Below, in pieces: positions 57,995 to 64,000 of a stretch of DNA of 64,000 bases. The notes beneath the pieces are model-generated. The model searched no databases. It was not told the origin of the DNA and saw nothing but the letters and a program-made list of their open reading frames with translations. The DNA is from an uncultured Gammaproteobacteria bacterium (GTDB taxonomy: Bacteria > Patescibacteriota > Patescibacteriia > UBA9570 > JBBTWU01): assembly GCA_964364425.1 (NCBI GenBank), contig CAYIMB010000002.1, positions 17,436 through 81,435 of the forward strand, in the 5' to 3' direction. A program made the position numbers and the translations under genes. Position 1 is the stretch's first letter. The number at the start of each line of letters is the position of its first letter.

Positions 57995-59385
57995 GCTATT
58001 TTCCTCAACCGTGTTCCCTCTGGTGTATCCATAATGTTGAACCCGGTGTGTTTAATTTCATCCCGTAAGGAATCTGCCACGGCAAATCGTTTTTCAGTCC
58101 GGGCTAAGTCACGTTCTTTTACCAAACCCACCACTTTTTCAGGAATATGTTTGCGCTCTTGTCTAATCCGTTCAGCTTGGCGCGCAATATCTAACCCCAA
58201 GACCTCATCAAATTTTAACAAAGATTCAAGCTTGGCTGAATCAGGGTAATCAGATTTCACCAACTTCCACACCACCGCCAAAGCTTGTGGCATATTTAAG
58301 TCATCATTCACGGCGTCCATAAACTGTTGCTCAAATTCAGCGCAACCTATTTTTGGTTCATCCCAGTCAGCGGCCAGTTCCAACAATCGGTCATAGGCAG
58401 ATTGCGCCGCTTGCAACGCTTCCCAAGAAAAAGATAACTTACTCCGCCAGTGCGCAGAGAAGGTGAAATACCGGTAACCAAGAGGGGAGACCTGATGTTC
58501 TGCCAAGTTCTTCAAGGTAATAAACCCGCCACTACTTTTAGCCATCTTGCCACCATCCATCAGCAAAAACTCCCCATGACACCACATCTGGGCAAATGGT
58601 TTGCCAGTCGCTGTCTCACTTTGCGCAATTTCATTCGTGTGATGAATGGGCGCATGATCCACGCCACCACAGTGAATATCAAACGTCTTACCCAAATATT
58701 TCATGGCCATGGCCGAACATTCCAAATGCCATCCCGGAAAGCCAACTCCCCAAGGTGATTCCCATTCCATATCTCGCTTGCTTCCCTCTGGTGAAAATTT
58801 CCACAGCGCAAAATCCGTTGGATGCTTTTTTCCTTTGACCATGTCTACTCGCGCACCGGCCTTCAAGCCTTTGGCTTTGAGTCCCACCAACTTGCCGTAG
58901 TCTTTGACTTTGCTGGTGTCCATGTAAACTCCATCCGCAATTTTGTAGGTGACACCTTTTTTCTCTAACGCCTGAATCAGATCGATCTGCTCTTGAATAT
59001 GCTCCGTTGCGCGCACTAATTTGGAAGCCGGCAGAATATTCAACACCACTAAATCCTGTTTGAACGCCTGCGTATAAAACTCAGCCACCTCCCATGCCGT
59101 CTTGCCTTCACGCCGGGCACCCTTTTCCAGCTTATCTTCACCCTCGTCTGCATCTGAAACCAAATGCCCAACATCAGTGATGTTCATCACGTGGTTCACC
59201 TGGTAGCCATCAGCCAACAGAACACGTTTCAAAATATCTTCAAACAGAAATGTGCGGTAATTTCCAATGTGTTGAAAGTCATACACGGTTGGACCACAGG
59301 TATATAACCCCACTTGCTTGGTCTTCAGGGGGACAAATGGTTCTACTTTCCGCGTGAGTGTGTTGTACAGGTGAAGTTGGTTCAT
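57991..59385 (-). CDS. cysS: Cysteine--tRNA ligase
   Basis: HIGN and KMAKS motifs. Confidence 0.9.
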   Translation of the reverse strand: MNQLHLYNTLTRKVEPFVPLKTKQVGLYTCGPTVYDFQHIGNYRTFLFEDILKRVLLADGYQVNHVMNITDVGHLVSDADEGEDKLEKGARREGKTAWEVAEFYTQAFKQDLVVLNILPASKLVRATEHIQEQIDLIQALEKKGVTYKIADGVYMDTSKVKDYGKLVGLKAKGLKAGARVDMVKGKKHPTDFALWKFSPEGSKRDMEWESPWGVGFPGWHLECSAMAMKYLGKTFDIHCGGVDHAPIHHTNEIAQSETATGKPFAQMWCHGEFLLMDGGKMAKSSGGFITLKNLAEHQVSPLGYRYFTFSAHWRSKLSFSWEALQAAQSAYDRLLELAADWDEPKIGCAEFEQQFMDAVNDDLNMPQALAVVWKLVKSDYPDSAKLESLLKFDEVLGLDIARQAERIRQERKHIPEKVVGLVKERDLARTEKRFAVADSLRDEIKHTGFNIMDTPEGTRLRKIA

Positions 59386-59452
59386 AGGGACATTGTATCT
59401 GGGTCGGAGGCGCGTTGCAAGAAAGTCAAAAAAATGCTATATTCATAGAATC

Positions 59453-60247
59453 ATGAACGCCAACCAACCAAATATAAAACCGTTAGAGCCGGTGAGTTTT
59501 GATGATCTGGAACCGGAGGTGCTTGAAGTGCCTGCTGAGTTACCCACACCTGAAGGAGGCTCGCTCAAAGACAGAATCCTGGAGCAAGCAAAAAAAGAAG
59601 AGGCAGATGCCGCAGCCATAGAGGCGGCTAAGGAGGAGGTGACGGTGGATAAGTCACTGGATCAGCCGGTGGCTGTTCCGGCTCAACCGGAGACAGCGCC
59701 AGCCGTACCTGTTGTAGCACCTGAAACAGCGGCCCTGCCTGAAGCAGTATCGGCTGAAGCCACGCCGGCTGAAGCACCTGCCCCTCTGCCGGAATTACCC
59801 CCAGTGCCGGAACTTCCGCCTGTACCTGAGGCTGCGCCTACGGAAACCGAACAACCAAAACCAAGCAAACCACAAGCGCAAGTGCCGGCTCAACCGGTTA
59901 CACCTCCTCCTGCTGAGGCGCTGGTGCAGACTCAAACAGAGAAGACGGAGACGCGCAAGCAAATCGAATCAATTCTGCAAGAAGGGTTGGCACCCATGTT
60001 TTTACAAATGGATCAACAGGAACGGCAGGTATTTACAGCCGCAGCTAATGAGACCGCTTCCAAGTTGGAGTTGTTGGTGACACAATTTAAGGCGTCAGCC
60101 AAAGAGGTGTTGCGTTTGATCAAGGCTTGGCTGACAAAAATTCCAAAGATCAACAAGTATTTCTTGGAACAAGCAAGCAAAATAAAGACGGATGAAATTT
60201 TACTGATGCAAACGCAAAAGAAAAAGGAATCACGTTTACTTCATTAG
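59453..60247 (+). CDS. Pro/Ala-rich hypothetical protein
   Basis: ATG 59453 (MNANQPNIK). The upstream 59393 start is poor. Confidence 0.45.
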   Translation: MNANQPNIKPLEPVSFDDLEPEVLEVPAELPTPEGGSLKDRILEQAKKEEADAAAIEAAKEEVTVDKSLDQPVAVPAQPETAPAVPVVAPETAALPEAVSAEATPAEAPAPLPELPPVPELPPVPEAAPTETEQPKPSKPQAQVPAQPVTPPPAEALVQTQTEKTETRKQIESILQEGLAPMFLQMDQQERQVFTAAANETASKLELLVTQFKASAKEVLRLIKAWLTKIPKINKYFLEQASKIKTDEILLMQTQKKKESRLLH

Positions 60248-60252
60248 TAAGT

Positions 60253-62769
60253 ATGTTGTTTAACTACATCATTTACATTGCTGCCTACGTACTCAGTTCT
60301 TTTGCTGTCGTCTGGTTGGGTGTACATATTGTCCGCAAGATGTTGCGCACGCATGCTGAGAAAAGTGAGTCATTCAAGAAAATTATTTTGATGATCACTG
60401 TTCCAAAAGGGGAGAAGGCGGATGAATCTCAAAATATAGACTCCATAGACGCTATCCGTGAAAAGATTTCAGTGGCCAACACCTTTTTCTCTACTTTGGG
60501 TGGCATGAAGGCGCAAAAAGGCTGGCGGGCCTTTTGGTTTGGCCGCAACGACGACTTTAGCTTGGAGATTGTGGCAGATAAGGACCAGTTGATTTCTTTT
60601 TACGCCGCGGTGCCAAGAGCCATGCACCGCTACTTTGAACAACAGCTGCATGCTCAGTTTAAAGATGCACAAATTCATGAGGTAGAGGATTACAATATTT
60701 TTGAACCAAACGGAGTGACCGTGGCTGCAGTCTTGAGTTTAAAGCGCAAATACCTATTTCCTATCCAGACGTATGACAAGATTGAAGGGGATCCGTTGAA
60801 TGCCATTACTAACGCTCTGTCCAAGATGGAGAAGAATGAAGGCGCGGCTATTCAGTACGTTCTGCGTTCTGCTACTCCGGAATGGCACCGCACTCCGGCC
60901 CAAGTGGCGCAAACCATGCAACAAGGGAAAAAGTTAGAGCGCGCCATGAAAGAAGTGACGGGAAATATATTTACCAAAACATTTATTTTTTTAGGACGGA
61001 TGTGGGGGAAGAAGAGGAAAGCAGGTCAAGGGATTGATGCGGTGACTGAACGTGAATATCGTTTAAGTCCCATGGAAGAAGAGGTGGTAAAGTCCTTGGA
61101 AGATAAAACCTCACATGCCGGATTTAATGTGAGTATTCGTGTGGTGGTGGATGCACCAACCAAAGAGCAGGCCATGCGCAAAGCGGATAATGTTTTACAT
61201 GCCTTCACGCAGTATGCCACCTACCAATTTGGCAACAGTTTTAGTTTTTCTAAACCCAAACAGGATGCGCATGAGATAGAAAAGTTTATTTACCGCCAAT
61301 TTGATGTGAAGCACCAGATGTTGTTGAACTCCAAGGAAATGGCTTCTTTGTGGCATCCGCCGTTGCGCATTACAGAAACACCAAACATTCGTTGGCTACT
61401 GGCTAAGAAAGCCGTCCCTCCGGCTAATATGCCTAAAGACGGAATTATTTTGGGTGAAGTGGAATACCGCGGGGTCAAACAGTTGGTGCGGATTAAAGCG
61501 GAAGACAGGTTTAGACATATGTACATTATTGGTAAGTCTGGTTCCGGTAAGTCCGTGTTGCTGACTCAGATGGCCATTCAAGATATTCAGAATGGTGAAG
61601 GGGTGGCTGTGATAGATCCGCATGGAGACCTGATTGACGACATTTTGCCCCATATTCCTAAGGAGCGGGCGGATGATGTGGTTATTTTCAACCCAGCTGA
61701 TACTGATAGGCCACTGGGACTGAACATGTTGGAATTTGAAACAGACGAGCAAAAAGATTTTGCCGCCCAGGAAATGATAGCCATTTTTTACAAGTTATTT
61801 GGACAGGAGATGATTGGTCCTATGTTTGAGCATTATATGCGTAATGCCATGTTGGCTTTGATGGATGATAAGGAGGCGGGTGCAACTATTATAGAAATTC
61901 CGCGTATGTTTACGGATGAAAAATTCCGCAAAGACAAATTGAAAAAGGTACGTAACTTGATTGTGAAAAACTTTTGGGAACAAGAGTATGAGCAAAGTCA
62001 GGCCGGACAACAGGCGGCTGATATGTTGTCTTACGTTATTTCCAAGATTGGCCGTTTCCTGACTAACGACATGATGCGCAACATCATGGGCCAACAGAAA
62101 TCCGGTTTTGATTTCAAGGATGTCATGAACAACCGCAAGATCTTGTTGTGTAATTTGTCCAAAGGTACCACAGGTGAAGTGAACTCTAGCTTGTTGGGTT
62201 TGATTATTGTGAGCAAACTCCAAATGGCCGCCATGGCTCGCGCTTCCATGCCAAAATCTGAACGGAAGAACTTCTACCTATACGCTGATGAGTTCCAAAA
62301 TTTTATTACAGACTCCATTGCTACTATTTTGTCTGAAGCCCGTAAATATCGATTTTCCATGGTGATGGCTCACCAATATGTCACTCAGTTAGTGGTCAAC
62401 AATGACACTAAGGTGCGTGACGCTGTGTTTGGTAACGTTGGTACCATGATTGCTTTCCGGATTGGTGTGGAAGATGCTGAAGTGATTGCTAAGGAGTTTG
62501 CCCCGGTGTTTGACCAAAATGATGTGGTCAACGTGGAACAATTTACTGCCAACATCAAATTGTTGATAGACAACACGGCTTGTAAAGCGTTCAACATGAA
62601 GACTATCATGCCGCCACAGGGGAATCTGAAGATGGCCTCAACCTTGAAACAGTTATCTCGTCTGAAATATGGCCGTGACCGCGCTTTAGTGGAGGCTGAA
62701 ATTAAAGAACGTGCTCGTTTGGGTGAGCTAGGTGGCGGAGGACAGACCGCGCCAGATAGCTTCTTCTAA
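60253..62769 (+). CDS. Membrane-anchored P-loop ATPase, VirB4/TraC/HerA (DUF87)-like
   Basis: N-terminal TM helix. Walker A GKSGSGKS followed by VIDPHGD. 838 aa. Confidence 0.45.
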   Translation: MLFNYIIYIAAYVLSSFAVVWLGVHIVRKMLRTHAEKSESFKKIILMITVPKGEKADESQNIDSIDAIREKISVANTFFSTLGGMKAQKGWRAFWFGRNDDFSLEIVADKDQLISFYAAVPRAMHRYFEQQLHAQFKDAQIHEVEDYNIFEPNGVTVAAVLSLKRKYLFPIQTYDKIEGDPLNAITNALSKMEKNEGAAIQYVLRSATPEWHRTPAQVAQTMQQGKKLERAMKEVTGNIFTKTFIFLGRMWGKKRKAGQGIDAVTEREYRLSPMEEEVVKSLEDKTSHAGFNVSIRVVVDAPTKEQAMRKADNVLHAFTQYATYQFGNSFSFSKPKQDAHEIEKFIYRQFDVKHQMLLNSKEMASLWHPPLRITETPNIRWLLAKKAVPPANMPKDGIILGEVEYRGVKQLVRIKAEDRFRHMYIIGKSGSGKSVLLTQMAIQDIQNGEGVAVIDPHGDLIDDILPHIPKERADDVVIFNPADTDRPLGLNMLEFETDEQKDFAAQEMIAIFYKLFGQEMIGPMFEHYMRNAMLALMDDKEAGATIIEIPRMFTDEKFRKDKLKKVRNLIVKNFWEQEYEQSQAGQQAADMLSYVISKIGRFLTNDMMRNIMGQQKSGFDFKDVMNNRKILLCNLSKGTTGEVNSSLLGLIIVSKLQMAAMARASMPKSERKNFYLYADEFQNFITDSIATILSEARKYRFSMVMAHQYVTQLVVNNDTKVRDAVFGNVGTMIAFRIGVEDAEVIAKEFAPVFDQNDVVNVEQFTANIKLLIDNTACKAFNMKTIMPPQGNLKMASTLKQLSRLKYGRDRALVEAEIKERARLGELGGGGQTAPDSFF

Positions 62770-62773
62770 AGGA

Positions 62774-63124
62774 TTATTTGTTTGGTAAGACTACTTCTTC
62801 TAATTTAGTTGTTCTAGATTCCAGATTATTATAGTTGAAATGAATTGAGGCGGATTCAGCCATAAAGGTTTCATAGCTTTTAGTGACTTTATCCGCCATA
62901 CCTTGAATGATATTGATGGTTTTATCTAGTTTATCGTCCATGGTGTCAAAGCGCTCGTCATGTTCCATGAGCTTTTTGAATACAAATTCAAAGTTTTTAT
63001 TGTAATGTTTGAATTTTTGGCGAAGCTCTGAACAAAAGGTATCAAATTCATGCTTAAAAACTCCTAATTCTTGGTTTAAATATCCTTTAGTCACCAATTC
63101 ACCTTGATGTTGCTTGTTTTTCAT
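62774..63124 (-). CDS. Hypothetical AT-rich small protein
   Basis: ATG at 63124. Conserved TTGACC-16-TATGAT promoter 8 nt upstream. Confidence 0.45.
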   Translation of the reverse strand: MKNKQHQGELVTKGYLNQELGVFKHEFDTFCSELRQKFKHYNKNFEFVFKKLMEHDERFDTMDDKLDKTINIIQGMADKVTKSYETFMAESASIHFNYNNLESRTTKLEEVVLPNK

Positions 63125-63132
63125 ACACAGCA

Positions 63133-63161
63133 ATCATAGATCGCGGATTTCACAGGTCAAG
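63133..63161 (-). promoter_or_regulatory. Conserved promoter cassette (copy 2) TTGACC-16-TATGAT
   Basis: 26/29 identity with 8470-8498. Confidence 0.5.
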
Positions 63162-63309
63162 AGCACACTTCAGCGCCCCCTGTGGATAATTCTTGCCCGG
63201 GCAGGAGTTTTCCACCCCCCCAATGCTTAAACGATCTGATCTTCTCAACCCCGTTTTATTCGTGTATACTACAGTGAGTAGTCAAAAAGTCGTTAAAACA
63301 AACAACAAC

Positions 63310-64000
63310 ATGCAAGACAAAATCCAAGAACTCAGCGCGCTTATTGAATCCATGCAAACTCAGATTGCACGGGCTAGATTGTTGTTAACAGACATGGGTG
63401 CAGCCCGTGAAGCTATTTTGTCTGGTGGTCCATCCGTTCTCCCAACAGCTAACCCAGTGGCCTCGCCGGTGGTTGCACCGGTGGCCGTTCCAAGTATGGA
63501 TACACCAGCTGCTACGGAACCCATTCCGTATGCACAGGTCGCTATTCCGCCATTGCACTCTGGTGTGCCGGTGATTCAAGAGGCGGGCGGCCAGGTGGTG
63601 GAAGGATTGTTTGATGGACAAAACATGGCGGGCCCAGACGGTAAGGTGTACAACGTACCTGCGAACTACGCGAGTAAATCGAAATTAGTGGAGGGAGATC
63701 AGATGAAGCTGACCATTTCACGTGACGGTTCATTTTTGTATAAACAAATTGGTCCAGTGGAACGCACGCGCGTGAAGGGAACACTCACGCGGGAAGATGG
63801 CGGCAACGGATATGTGATGAAGACGGAGAGCGGTCGGGCGTACAAAGTGTTGCTGGCGAGCGTGACGTATTTTAAAGGACAGGTGGGAGATATGGCGGTG
63901 GCGTTTATGCCGGAGCATGGACAAAGTGCTTGGGCGGCTGTGGAACATATTATTCCTAAGGATCAAGTCACACCTGAACTCATGTCAGAAATGATGGAAG
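63310..64000 (+). CDS. Hypothetical protein, 3'-truncated by window edge
   Basis: Open frame from ATG 63310 to the end (230 codons). Not in the ORF track because no stop falls in the window. Confidence 0.4.
   Translation, partial: MQDKIQELSALIESMQTQIARARLLLTDMGAAREAILSGGPSVLPTANPVASPVVAPVAVPSMDTPAATEPIPYAQVAIPPLHSGVPVIQEAGGQVVEGLFDGQNMAGPDGKVYNVPANYASKSKLVEGDQMKLTISRDGSFLYKQIGPVERTRVKGTLTREDGGNGYVMKTESGRAYKVLLASVTYFKGQVGDMAVAFMPEHGQSAWAAVEHIIPKDQVTPELMSEMME

Noticed and set aside
1-64000. CRISPR arrays, rRNA genes, integrase, transposase and reverse transcriptase genes
   Set aside because: Scanned for spaced short direct repeats, rRNA-like conserved stretches and recombinase/RT motifs. None found. 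The only long direct repeats are R1/R2 and the paralogous cassettes described above.

Overview
The base composition varies sharply along the window. The conserved genes look mid-GC by eye (roughly 45-50%). They show features I associate with candidate-phyla-radiation (CPR)/Patescibacteria-type small genomes: no L30 between S5 and L15, zinc-ribbon type S14, low-complexity extensions on S19, S5, L23 and S3, and weak Shine-Dalgarno sequences. Recurring -35/-10 boxes fit TTGACN-16/17-TATGTT or TATGAT.

Conserved backbone genes:
- rpsL-rpsG-fusA-tuf, then the S10 and spc ribosomal clusters through secY-adk-map (2262-23991).
- ruvX, a GT4/MraY-like transferase, a DUF192 protein and rplU.
- recR-ybaB-dnaB on the minus strand, then tRNA-Lys.
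- A 2Fe-2S ferredoxin with korAB, a Ser/Thr kinase and a P-type ATPase.
- asnS-aspS-scpA-scpB-dacA-gap, tRNA-Glu and rlmH.
- A CIRCE-controlled hrcA-grpE-hsp20-dnaK-dnaJ operon.
- cysS and a VirB4/TraC/HerA-like membrane ATPase.

Accessory content sits between these conserved genes, including inside the normally contiguous rpsL-rpsG-fusA-tuf operon:
- A tandem array of four divergent paralogs whose junctions are conserved at the DNA level; each protein ends in a PLPDRP-type tail.
- At least seven visibly GC-rich foreign-looking genes (roughly 60-65% GC by eye, not computed). They include a MopE-like Asp-rich lipoprotein, a second lipoprotein, a membrane protein, a tandem paralog pair, and two copies of a small gene that each carry a homologous structured 3' tail.
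- A 10-bp perfect palindrome, AAATCGATTT (ClaI core), sits at ten intergenic junctions (seven exact copies plus AAATCGATAT variants) and once inside a CDS.
- Two 73-74 nt direct repeats bracket a two-gene minus-strand cassette.
- Three 16-bp CTGT-N8-ACAG palindromes.
- A roughly 80-nt structured element in two copies, with compensatory base changes between them.
- A conserved near-leaderless promoter cassette in two copies.

No CRISPR array, rRNA, recombinase or reverse transcriptase is present in the window.
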